DNA of 54,781 nucleotides from a virus (taxonomy: Duplodnaviria; Caudoviricetes). Below the pieces are notes generated by a model. It ran no database searches. It was not told the origin of the DNA and saw nothing but the letters and a program-made list of their open reading frames with translations. The position numbers and the translations under genes were made by a program. Below are positions 1 through 8,526 of this stretch, piece after piece. Numbering within the stretch: position 1 is the first letter of the stretch; the number at the start of each line of letters is the position of its first letter. The stretch covers positions 1 through 54,781 of IMG/VR virus record IMGVR_UViG_3300030098_001280. One strand, given 5' to 3'.

Positions 1-78
1 TGATGGTGGTACACAGATAGAGTATCTGTTTAATGCAGATATAACAAAAGAAGAGAAATAACACCTCCGTCGGTGGGG

Positions 79-125
79 CCCCTATATAGTGCAGTATCTC
101 CTAATACGTTATTACTATATAGGGG
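79..125. repeat. 12-bp perfect inverted repeat (CCCCTATATAGT / ACTATATAGGGG), terminator- or origin-like
   Basis: Arms at 79-90 and 114-125, followed by T runs at 126-144. Confidence 0.6.
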
Positions 126-253
126 TTTTTCTAAGTTTTTTTTTCGAAATATGCTGTGCGGCTCAATAAATACAATATGCCAATAATGTCTATAAAAATC
201 ATATATATAGGGACCCCTACATTGTATTGGCATTTTAGAGCCAATAATAAATC

Positions 254-284
254 TGTTTATTTTGGGCTTAACTCAAGATATAAT
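254..284 (+). promoter_or_regulatory. sigma70-type promoter P1 (TG-TTTATT-N17-TATAAT)
   Basis: TTTATT 256-261, 17-nt spacer, TATAAT 279-284; same layout at 1404 and 8458. Confidence 0.65.
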
Positions 285-338
285 ATAATTATGGTGTATA
301 ATAGGTTATATATCAGCTAACACAGAAAGGAGAATATT

Positions 339-503
339 ATGGCAGAACCACATTTGGTGAAGATACATAATGGCTTCAAACGATATGTTGTGCACTTTGA
401 TGCCTACACTGGTAAAATGGTTTACCACCGTAGGTTATCTAAAGATTGTCGCAAGATATTTTGGAAATGGGAGACCGGAAACATATGGAAAGCAATAACT
501 TAG
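339..503 (+). CDS. hypothetical early protein (54 aa, not in ORF track)
   Basis: GAAAGGAG RBS, ATG 339, MAEPHLVKIHNG..., TAG 501-503. Confidence 0.6.
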   Translation: MAEPHLVKIHNGFKRYVVHFDAYTGKMVYHRRLSKDCRKIFWKWETGNIWKAIT

Positions 504-751
504 TTATTCTAGCAGACCTAGACAAGAGCTACGAGGACATCGATGAGTTTGTCAAGCTCTGTAAAGATCTGTTAACGGAATATTTTGATAGTGCTGACGA
601 AAAAGAACTAAAAACCCTGTATGACATGGGTAAAGGTTTGACAAAAGACAGCATGCTTCAGGCAGTTGATGGCATAGACGTCCGACTACGTGAAATGCAT
701 CGAGTTTGTACTTTATTAGCTAAAAAGCGGAGGATAAACTATGACGCGTAG
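485..751 (+). CDS. hypothetical protein
   Basis: ORF 446..751; ATG 485 preferred as start. Confidence 0.55.
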   Translation: MESNNLVILADLDKSYEDIDEFVKLCKDLLTEYFDSADEKELKTLYDMGKGLTKDSMLQAVDGIDVRLREMHRVCTLLAKKRRINYDA

Positions 752-956
752 AATCTCGGTTGATCTTAACCAAAATGTCTTCGGTCTAATAGCTCTGAGC
801 AAGCAGTACGGTAGACAGTTAGGATACTCTGGAGACCGTATCGCCGAAATCAGAAAAGATATGACTAGTGGTACACACGAACACGCCAAAAAGGTGTTTC
901 GTAAGAACTTTGGTCATGTTGTTAATTGCATCGACGATGCAGGAGACTGGGAATGA
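741..956 (+). CDS. hypothetical phage protein
   Basis: GGAGG RBS, overlaps neighbouring genes. Confidence 0.55.
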   Translation: MTRRISVDLNQNVFGLIALSKQYGRQLGYSGDRIAEIRKDMTSGTHEHAKKVFRKNFGHVVNCIDDAGDWE

Positions 957-1171
957 TAATAAATATCAACATGGAGTTTAAAGTTGACGACAAATATGTA
1001 GATGCAATGTCTCGCGATTTAGGTCAAGACAGATATGAAAGAGTCATTCAGACATATATCTCAAGGGAGATTAATAATCTGATGGCTGACCATCTGGATG
1101 TTAATGGCCAGCTGGTCTCGTATGTATCTCATATAGTCGAGGAGGAAGTACAAGAAAATGGACACGCCTAA
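953..1171 (+). CDS. hypothetical protein
   Basis: ATGA coupling with the upstream ORF; part of ORF 926..1171. Confidence 0.5.
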   Translation: MIININMEFKVDDKYVDAMSRDLGQDRYERVIQTYISREINNLMADHLDVNGQLVSYVSHIVEEEVQENGHA

Positions 1172-1403
1172 GAAAGCAGGCAGACCAAAACTAAACAGAG
1201 CGCCGATCAAAAGTCGGCGCACCTTAGTTAGTTTGCCAAGGAATGTGTATAAGGCATTAAAGATAGCAGCTGAGCGAGACATGAGAACTGTTCAAGCTCA
1301 GATTGCTTATATATTAGTAAGGCATGGTTATACGACTGCAAAGATCTGGCCACCTACTAACGAGGATGTCGAAATACCAAAAGAGGATATATGGAACAAA
1401 TAA
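1158..1403 (+). CDS. ribbon-helix-helix (Arc/CopG-like) DNA-binding protein with N-terminal GRP motif
   Basis: KKAGRPK, then RTLVSLPRNVYKALKIAAERDMRTVQAQIAYIL (RHH pattern). Confidence 0.6.
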   Translation: MDTPKKAGRPKLNRAPIKSRRTLVSLPRNVYKALKIAAERDMRTVQAQIAYILVRHGYTTAKIWPPTNEDVEIPKEDIWNK

Positions 1404-1434
1404 TGTTTAAATTGTTTATTCCGTATTTTATAAT
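1404..1434 (+). promoter_or_regulatory. sigma70-type promoter P2
   Basis: TG-TTTAAA 1406-1411, 17-nt spacer, TATAAT 1429-1434. Confidence 0.65.
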
Positions 1435-1466
1435 ATAATAGTAAACTAGATATACAGGAGAAAGTT

Positions 1467-2423
1467 ATGTCACACATGGTAGATACTATGGCTTATGCTG
1501 GCAAGACACCCTGGCACGGCTTAGGTGAGCGGGTTGATGACAACCTTACACCACAACAGATGTTGAAAGCTGCTGGCCTTGAGTGGCAAGTTCAGAAGAA
1601 GCCTGTTTATCACTTGACTGATAAATCTTATGTTAAGTCTGATGAGTGGAATGTACTTGTCAGATCAGACACCAATAAGATCCTCGGTCCTTGTGGTAAA
1701 AATTACTTGCCTATCCAAAATGACACCGTCTTTGACTTCTTTAACAAGTTTGTCAAATCTGGTGACATGAAGATGGACACAGCGGGTTCTCTTGACGATG
1801 GTCGTCATGTTTGGGGATTAGCCTCTATTAAAGATGGTTTTTCCGTAACTAAAGGCGATGATGTTGAGGGATATTTACTTATTTCACACCCACACCAATG
1901 GGGTAAAGCATTAACTATAATGTTCACCAACATTCGTGTAGTGTGCAATAACACAATCACAGCAGCCTTGAATGAGACCGGTGCTACGAAGTTTCGTATG
2001 CCACACGTTCAAGAGTTTAATGAGTCTGTTCAATTTAGAGCGCAAGAAGCGCTTGGCTTAGCTAAATCACAACTCAGTGAGTTTAAACAACAAGCTCAGT
2101 TCTTAGCTAAGAAGAAATATAAGGAAGATAAACTCAACGAGTTTATCGTACGTCAATTTATGCCAAATAATGTTAACGAAGTTCAAAAACGTGAGCTTTG
2201 GAATCGATCTGCTACAACAGTTCATCAATTATTGCATAAACAACCTGGCGCAAAGATGTCAGAAGGTACATGGTGGTCTGCTCTTAATGCAGTCACGTAC
2301 TATGCTGATCATGTTGCCGGTCGCGACAGAAATGCTGCCCTACGCTCAGCGTGGTTTGGCAGTAAAGCTACAATGAAACGTAAAGCGTTAGACTTGGCAA
2401 CGGAATATGCTAAGGCCGCGTAA
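1467..2423 (+). CDS. DUF932 / phage-plasmid TIGR03299-like protein
   Basis: MAYAGKTPWHGLG, AGLEW.V.K, TAGSL..GR.VW, IRVVCNNT and W.ALNAVT.Y.DH motifs. Confidence 0.85.
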   Translation: MSHMVDTMAYAGKTPWHGLGERVDDNLTPQQMLKAAGLEWQVQKKPVYHLTDKSYVKSDEWNVLVRSDTNKILGPCGKNYLPIQNDTVFDFFNKFVKSGDMKMDTAGSLDDGRHVWGLASIKDGFSVTKGDDVEGYLLISHPHQWGKALTIMFTNIRVVCNNTITAALNETGATKFRMPHVQEFNESVQFRAQEALGLAKSQLSEFKQQAQFLAKKKYKEDKLNEFIVRQFMPNNVNEVQKRELWNRSATTVHQLLHKQPGAKMSEGTWWSALNAVTYYADHVAGRDRNAALRSAWFGSKATMKRKALDLATEYAKAA

Positions 2424-2430
2424 ATATTAT

Positions 2431-2688
2431 ATGTTTCGTGATAAATGCAGTGGTAACGTGCCTCTGCCTAAGCAAGCACGTTACTTACTTGACATCATTT
2501 ATAAAGCACAGATAATCGAGCAAAAGGATTTGCTCGCTCGCATTCGCGAAACAGTTAGGACTCGTCAAGAAGCTTCTAGGATTTTAACCTATTACACAGG
2601 TTATCTTATCCGCAGAAAAGCTATTGATATACTAATAAGTAACAACAAATTAATAACGGAATGCCCACACTGTGGAGGAGAAATATAA
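2431..2688 (+). CDS. hypothetical protein with C-terminal CPHCG
   Basis: ORF 2407..2688; TAATG coupling to the next gene. Confidence 0.5.
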   Translation: MFRDKCSGNVPLPKQARYLLDIIYKAQIIEQKDLLARIRETVRTRQEASRILTYYTGYLIRRKAIDILISNNKLITECPHCGGEI

Positions 2689-3536
2689 TGCCAAACCCTA
2701 AGCGGAAGATTGACAAAACTATGTTGTCGATTGACAATGCGGAGTCAAGAGGGTTCTTACATCGTGACTATATAGCTCACTGTCTAAGATGGACTCACGT
2801 AACTAAATATTTAATGAACCAAAAGCGCTACGCTACAGCTAGAGTCTTAGATATTGGCTGTGGTAAAGAGATACCGCTGGCTAAGTTAATGCATTCATCA
2901 CGCATGAAACCATCTGAGTACTATGCAGTCGATGTTAACAAATTAACGATGCCGGCTCAATTTGCTAAGGCTGGCTGGCAGCCTAAACTAGCAGGTAGTA
3001 CAGATATTTGTACTTTAGGTCTCAAAGACTTTCAAGAACCACCTAACACGATTGTATGTTTTGAGGTGCTAGAACATGTAGCGCCTGAACATGCTAGACG
3101 CATGCTAGGTAAAATATTTGAACTATTAGAAGTAGAAGGTACTGCATTTATTAGTACACCTTGCTGGGACCCAGATGTAGGTGCTGCTAACAATCATATT
3201 AACGAAATGACTTATCAAGCATTAGGAGCTATGATTGAAGATGTAGGCTTTGGAATCAGAGGTCATTGGGGTACTTTTGCTAGTATCAAAGATTATAAAC
3301 ATATGGTTGAAACAGACCCAAACTTAAGTTATGTTTTTGAAAATTTTAGGGAGTATTATGATACTAACTATTTAGCTACGATCTTTGCCCCTATGTTTCC
3401 TCAGCACTCACGTAACTGTATTTGGGAGTTGACTAAAACCCCAACTAATCATACATGGAGTAGATTGTTTAATAGTTTACCTGATATTGAGGGTCGTTGG
3501 TCCTCGTCTGAAGATTGGAGACAATTATGTCCTTAG
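2688..3536 (+). CDS. class I SAM-dependent methyltransferase (small-molecule type)
   Basis: VLDIGCG motif I, IVCFEVLEHV, FISTP; no DPPY/NPPY or PC DNA-MTase catalytic motif after motif I. Confidence 0.8.
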   Translation: MPNPKRKIDKTMLSIDNAESRGFLHRDYIAHCLRWTHVTKYLMNQKRYATARVLDIGCGKEIPLAKLMHSSRMKPSEYYAVDVNKLTMPAQFAKAGWQPKLAGSTDICTLGLKDFQEPPNTIVCFEVLEHVAPEHARRMLGKIFELLEVEGTAFISTPCWDPDVGAANNHINEMTYQALGAMIEDVGFGIRGHWGTFASIKDYKHMVETDPNLSYVFENFREYYDTNYLATIFAPMFPQHSRNCIWELTKTPTNHTWSRLFNSLPDIEGRWSSSEDWRQLCP

Positions 3537-3877
3537 AACAAGACGTTAAAGACTTTCTTAATAAGTTTGAGATGGATTGCCCTAAAAAAGGTAAATTTTT
3601 AAGTAAAACTAACCATGAGCAGCGTTTTACTCATATGATCGAGGAGCTTTGGGAATATTGTCATGCAAAGACTAAGGAAGATAAGCTTGACTCGTTAGTA
3701 GACCTGGTCTATATAGCGATTGGTACATCTATTATGCACGGTTTTGACTTTACTAAAGCATGGCAAAAGGTACACGAAGCTAATATGAAGAAAGTACGCG
3801 ACAAAGACGTAACTTTTAAGTCAGGTATTACTAAACCCGTGGGTTGGAAAAAACCTAATTTAGAGGATTGCGTATGA
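3527..3877 (+). CDS. MazG/PRA-PH-like all-alpha NTP pyrophosphohydrolase
   Basis: EELWEY...DSLVDLVYIAIG...VHEANMKK...KP.GW..P. Confidence 0.85.
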   Translation: MSLEQDVKDFLNKFEMDCPKKGKFLSKTNHEQRFTHMIEELWEYCHAKTKEDKLDSLVDLVYIAIGTSIMHGFDFTKAWQKVHEANMKKVRDKDVTFKSGITKPVGWKKPNLEDCV

Positions 3878-4863
3878 CTAAACCAATCATCATTCTTGAT
3901 GGTCCTGATGGTGTAGGGAAAACCACTTTGGCCAGGGAGTTGTGTAAGCAACTCTCAGGTAAGTACCTACACCTGGGGTATCGGTGGAAGGATAAGATAT
4001 TCGACTACCATACTTCGGCTATACGTTTCGCATCTCGCAGCACCGTACCGGTGGTAATAGACAGATGGTGGCCTTCTGAGGCGGTGTACTCCTCCGTCTT
4101 TCGTGGTGGCTCAAAGTGGCCATTACAGGGCCGGTTAGCGGATCGTATAGCCCGGAAATTAGGTGCAGTTTATGTATACTGCTTACCTGATAAAAAACAT
4201 AGCAGTAGGTATCACAAATTAAAAGAAAGTAGATACGAAATGTACGACGATATGACAGACGTTTCAAAGTTATTTAGAAAATTATGGTATGGTTGTCAAT
4301 CACATGAAGATACAGGCAACTACATAGATTTTTTAATCAGAAAAGGCGGAGTTCAAGGTTTTAGTGACTGTACAAGGTATTGTATGGCTGAACAAGGTCA
4401 CTATTTAGATTTATATGCAGAACAAGTTATTGATTTTGCTATACTTAGACAAGAACTACAATACCCACCTGCGTTAGAACATAACGAGTGGAATATTGCA
4501 GGCCATTTACAAGGCGCGGAATACCTAATAGTTGGAGAGCAAGTTAACGCCAAGAGTCGTGAGCTGTTCTGGCCTTTCTATGAACACAGGAATAGTAGCT
4601 TATACTTAACTGAGTGTTTACATGAGGCTGGTATAGATGAACATAAGCTTATGTGGTGTAATGCTTTTGATCATGACGGTAAATTTAATAAACATATAGG
4701 CTACTTGGGAGACGGTCTCAAAGTAGTTACCCTTGGGGGACATGCGGCCGATGCCGTAACAGATCATGGAGTCGCTATCCATAAAGAGTTACCGCATCCG
4801 TCGTATGTTAAAAGATTTAAAAAAGTTGATTTAGTGGAGGCACTTAAACATGCAATATCTTAA
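3874..4863 (+). CDS. dNMP (thymidylate-kinase-like) kinase fused to a uracil-DNA-glycosylase-like domain
   Basis: N-term DGPDGVGKTT P-loop and DRWWPSE.VY; C-term LIVGEQ...PF...N...VVTLG..A...HPS. Confidence 0.75.
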   Translation: MTKPIIILDGPDGVGKTTLARELCKQLSGKYLHLGYRWKDKIFDYHTSAIRFASRSTVPVVIDRWWPSEAVYSSVFRGGSKWPLQGRLADRIARKLGAVYVYCLPDKKHSSRYHKLKESRYEMYDDMTDVSKLFRKLWYGCQSHEDTGNYIDFLIRKGGVQGFSDCTRYCMAEQGHYLDLYAEQVIDFAILRQELQYPPALEHNEWNIAGHLQGAEYLIVGEQVNAKSRELFWPFYEHRNSSLYLTECLHEAGIDEHKLMWCNAFDHDGKFNKHIGYLGDGLKVVTLGGHAADAVTDHGVAIHKELPHPSYVKRFKKVDLVEALKHAIS

Positions 4864-5626
4864 TAATGTTTGGATTGAGACATTAAAAGAATGTTTAGAA
4901 CACGGTAGAGATGTAAGCCCTCGTAGGAATCCTACAAAAGAGTTTACAAAAACTACTGTTATAAACATGAACTATCCAGTCTTAACAATAAAAAAGAGGA
5001 AGTTAGGTTACAAATTCATGGCTGCAGAAGCATATTGGATTTTAACTGGTGATAATAGACTAGAGTCAATTAAGCCATATTCAAAAACAATTAGTAAATA
5101 TTCAGATGACAAGATTACATTTTTTGGTGCCTATGGTCCTAAGTTTGTAGATCAGTCATCTTATGTTATAGAAAAGTTAGTATACGATAAATATACAAGA
5201 CAAGCTGTATGTAATATTTGGCGAGAACAGCCACGTATAACAAAAGATGTACCATGTACATTAAACTTACAGTGGACTATACGAGGTAATACATTAGATT
5301 GTCATGCTAATATGAGGTCGTCTGACTTATGGTTAGGTTGGCCATATGACGTATTTAACTTTAGTATGATGTCTAGGTATATTAAACATTGTTATGATCG
5401 TAGAATTGGATTTTGGGAAGGTGACCATGGTTTAGAAATGGGCCACTTATACTTACATTCAAGCTGTATGCACTTATACGAAACTGATATAGAACAAGCT
5501 AAAGAATGTATTAAAGACGATGTCAGACATATAGAACCAATAATAGATTCAGAAGATGTTAATAGCTTAAAAAGTATATTATTTAATTTAAGGGAGACTG
5601 GTTTTGAGTGGCCACAGACTAAGTAA
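4850..5626 (+). CDS. thymidylate-synthase homolog, predicted dCMP (hydroxy)methylase
   Basis: AEAYWILTG, GAYG, TRQA, catalytic PCT, RSSDLWLGWPYD (Asp at the ThyA Asn177 position), HLY. Confidence 0.8.
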   Translation: MQYLNNVWIETLKECLEHGRDVSPRRNPTKEFTKTTVINMNYPVLTIKKRKLGYKFMAAEAYWILTGDNRLESIKPYSKTISKYSDDKITFFGAYGPKFVDQSSYVIEKLVYDKYTRQAVCNIWREQPRITKDVPCTLNLQWTIRGNTLDCHANMRSSDLWLGWPYDVFNFSMMSRYIKHCYDRRIGFWEGDHGLEMGHLYLHSSCMHLYETDIEQAKECIKDDVRHIEPIIDSEDVNSLKSILFNLRETGFEWPQTK

Positions 5627-6089
5627 ATCTGAGTATTTCTTAGCACTAGCCGTACTTGCTGCACAACGTAGTACTTGCGTACGACGTAAAGTAGGTTGTG
5701 TATTAGTTGACAGTAGAGCTAGAGTATTAGCAACCGGGTACAACGGAGTAGCTTCCGGTGAGACACATTGTAGTGATACACCGTGCTCGGGAGCTGATCA
5801 TAGATCTGGAGAAGGTCTAGATGATTGTATTGCTATACACGCAGAACAAAATGCTATCTTACAATGTAAGAATGTAGATGAAATTAGGACAGCTTATGTT
5901 ACAACAGCACCATGTGTTAGTTGTACTAAGTTATTATTAAACACGTCTTGTCAGACGATAGTTTTCTTACAAAGCTATCCTAATTCAGGACGAAAAATAT
6001 GGAATAGGAGTTGGATTAAACATGGACCAATTGAACATGTTCTTGCCAAAGTCCTCTTGGAAGCCACCGAGAGAACTGCCTGCGCTTAA
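5604..6089 (+). CDS. dCMP deaminase
   Basis: RSTC.RRKVG, TGYNG, HAEQNA and PCVSC zinc motifs; TTG start with AGGGAG RBS. Confidence 0.9.
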   Translation: MSGHRLSKSEYFLALAVLAAQRSTCVRRKVGCVLVDSRARVLATGYNGVASGETHCSDTPCSGADHRSGEGLDDCIAIHAEQNAILQCKNVDEIRTAYVTTAPCVSCTKLLLNTSCQTIVFLQSYPNSGRKIWNRSWIKHGPIEHVLAKVLLEATERTACA

Positions 6090-7884
6090 AGAAGCAAAGG
6101 TAATATCTTTTGATGTAGAGACACACGATCCTAACTTAATGACGTTAGGGCCAGGTGGCGTGCGCAATGATGGTAAGTTAATTGGTATATCTATATGTAC
6201 AGATACAGGTTTTAAGGGTTATTTCCCAATAGGTCATCCTGAAGGGAATATGGATAAACAAAGAGTATTAAATTGGGCTAAGGATATCTTTAACAGGGAT
6301 ATAGAGTATGTTGGTGCAAATGTCTTATACGATCTTGAGTGGTTACGTGTTAATGGCGTAGAAGTTACAGGTACACTACGTGATATTCAGATTGCTGAAC
6401 CTTTAATGAATGAAGAACTAGATGGTGGTTATAGTTTAGAAGCACTTGCTAAACGTTACTTAGATAAAGGTAAAGATGAAGAGATGCTTAAAAAAGTTGC
6501 TAGTATCTATAAAGTAGACCCTAAATCAGGTTTATGGGAATTACCTGCTAAATATGTAGGCCCATACGCAGAAGCTGATGCAGAACTACCACTACGCATT
6601 TGGGACTTACAAAAGATTAAATTAAAAGCACAAGATTTGTGGGATATATTTGAACTAGAATCAAAATTACTACATGTTGTCTTAGACATGAGGTTTAAAG
6701 GTGTAGCAATAGATATGTATGCTGCTGAAGAACTAAATGACAGAATGCTTAATGAGGAGGTACATAAGTTACGACAGATCAGAAAAGATTGTGGAATGAT
6801 TATAGACTTATGGTCTAATGACTCAATGGCAAAAGCGTTTGATAAGATGGGTATATGGTACCCTAAGACAGCAATAGGAAACCCATCATTCGTATCATCT
6901 TGGTTACAAAACCATGAAGAAGAACTTCCACGTAAAATTGCTGAATGGCGAAAGGCTTGTAAAATGCGGAGAGATTTTATAGAAGGTATTTGTTTAAATC
7001 ACTCGCATAACGGGCGTATCTATACACAGTTCCACCAGTTAAGAAAAGATTCAGAAGGTACACGTACAGGTCGTTTTAGTTCTAGTAATCCTAATTTACA
7101 ACAAATACCAGACGATGAATTAGTTAGAAGTTTATTTATACCTGATGAAGGTAAACACTGGGCTTGTCTAGATTATTCACAACAAGAACCCAGAGTGCTA
7201 CTACATTATGCTTATTTGAGAAAATTACGAGGTGCTGAGGAAGCAGTTGAGAAATTTAGGAAAGACCCAAACGCAGATTTCCATCGAATTGTGTCCGAAA
7301 TGGCAGGCATCCCCCGAAAGGAAGCGAAAACGATCAATTTAGGCATGTTTTACGGTATGGGAATTTTTAAACTTTCGCAACAACTTGACATGACTATGGA
7401 TGAAGCTAAGCCGTTGTTTGAACAGTACCACCAGCAAGTACCATTTGTTAGGGCATTAGCACAAGAGTGTTCTATTGCAGCAAGTACACGCGGTCTTGTA
7501 AGAACATTACTTGGTAGACATAGACATTTCTCTTTATGGGAACCTGCAGACTTTAAAAATAAATGGCCGAACAAAGAGATACCATTGAATCATGAAGCTG
7601 CACAAAAAGTATGGAAAGGTAGACCATTACGTAGAGCTTACACGCACAAAGCATTGAATGCTTTAATCCAAGGTTCATCAGCAGATATGATGAAGCAAGC
7701 ATTGATAGAGTTACATGAGCATGGCATTACACCACAGCTTACTGTACATGACGAGATAGATTTTTCTTTTGATAACAATCAAGACCTGATATTAGCAAAA
7801 GAAATTATGGAAAATTGTGTTCAACTTGAATTACCTTTAAAGGTAGATGTAGAGATTGGGCCTAACTGGGGCAATATAGAATGA
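6022..7884 (+). CDS. polA: family A DNA polymerase with 3'-5' exonuclease
   Basis: Exo motifs FDVET, NVLYD, YAEAD; TGRFSS.NPNLQQIP; motif A DYSQQE, motif B RKEAKTINLG..YG, motif C VHDE. Confidence 0.95.
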   Translation: MDQLNMFLPKSSWKPPRELPALKEAKVISFDVETHDPNLMTLGPGGVRNDGKLIGISICTDTGFKGYFPIGHPEGNMDKQRVLNWAKDIFNRDIEYVGANVLYDLEWLRVNGVEVTGTLRDIQIAEPLMNEELDGGYSLEALAKRYLDKGKDEEMLKKVASIYKVDPKSGLWELPAKYVGPYAEADAELPLRIWDLQKIKLKAQDLWDIFELESKLLHVVLDMRFKGVAIDMYAAEELNDRMLNEEVHKLRQIRKDCGMIIDLWSNDSMAKAFDKMGIWYPKTAIGNPSFVSSWLQNHEEELPRKIAEWRKACKMRRDFIEGICLNHSHNGRIYTQFHQLRKDSEGTRTGRFSSSNPNLQQIPDDELVRSLFIPDEGKHWACLDYSQQEPRVLLHYAYLRKLRGAEEAVEKFRKDPNADFHRIVSEMAGIPRKEAKTINLGMFYGMGIFKLSQQLDMTMDEAKPLFEQYHQQVPFVRALAQECSIAASTRGLVRTLLGRHRHFSLWEPADFKNKWPNKEIPLNHEAAQKVWKGRPLRRAYTHKALNALIQGSSADMMKQALIELHEHGITPQLTVHDEIDFSFDNNQDLILAKEIMENCVQLELPLKVDVEIGPNWGNIE

Positions 7885-8030
7885 GTATAACTAAAACACC
7901 TAACGATCATAGTCATTACTACTTACAAAAAGCTAAAGAAAAAGCTAAAGAAGAAGGAAAAGATTATGATAAATTAGATGCTATGGAAAGAGCATTTTTT
8001 GACGCATTAGTGAGGACAGAAGATGACTGA
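7881..8030 (+). CDS. hypothetical protein (49 aa, not in ORF track)
   Basis: ATGA overlap with polA stop; fills the gap to the next gene. Confidence 0.5.
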   Translation: MSITKTPNDHSHYYLQKAKEKAKEEGKDYDKLDAMERAFFDALVRTEDD

Positions 8031-8454
8031 AGTAACTTTATGGGGACTCCTAAGAAAAAATTTAAAGGGACACTACCAACGTATAGAAAATGCAGTTGGT
8101 ACAGGTACACCTGATGTGTGTGGCTGCTGGAGTAATACAGATATTTGGATTGAGTTGAAAACAGTTAAAGGTAATAACATGCTGTTTCAATGGTCTCAAA
8201 TAGCCTGGTTTAAAAAGAGACATGAAGAGTTGTCTACAAACATTTGGGTTATTGCTAGAAAAGATACAACCCTCTATGCATTTAGAACGTATAGTTTATT
8301 TGAACCAGAAGATCGTATTAAACGTGCAGTAGAAAGTGCACGAGTAAGTCTTAAAGATATAGAAGACGCTGTACATGTGTGGGATAAACCATATGATTGG
8401 GAGGATATACAACAGACTTTATATAAGGACCTACCAAGTTACAATGATTATTAA
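8023..8454 (+). CDS. PD-(D/E)XK nuclease, putative Holliday junction resolvase
   Basis: RIEN..G.GTPDV...WIELK...Q.AW. Confidence 0.7.
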   Translation: MTEVTLWGLLRKNLKGHYQRIENAVGTGTPDVCGCWSNTDIWIELKTVKGNNMLFQWSQIAWFKKRHEELSTNIWVIARKDTTLYAFRTYSLFEPEDRIKRAVESARVSLKDIEDAVHVWDKPYDWEDIQQTLYKDLPSYNDY

Positions 8455-8457
8455 AAA

Positions 8458-8488
8458 TGTTTAATTAGGTTAAAACGTATTATATAAT
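8458..8488 (+). promoter_or_regulatory. sigma70-type promoter P3
   Basis: TG-TTTAAT 8460-8465, 17-nt spacer, TATAAT 8483-8488. Confidence 0.65.
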
Positions 8489-8526
8489 AAATTATAATCA
8501 TTAGAAATTAGAATGGAGAAAGTTTA

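Noticed and set aside
211-220. GGACCCCTAC shared with 43081-43090 in both control regions
   Set aside because: A single 10-mer match is expected by chance in 55 kb, and the flanks do not align
4850-5626. Ordinary thyA or dUMP hydroxymethylase
   Set aside because: Asp rather than Asn at the pyrimidine-specificity position
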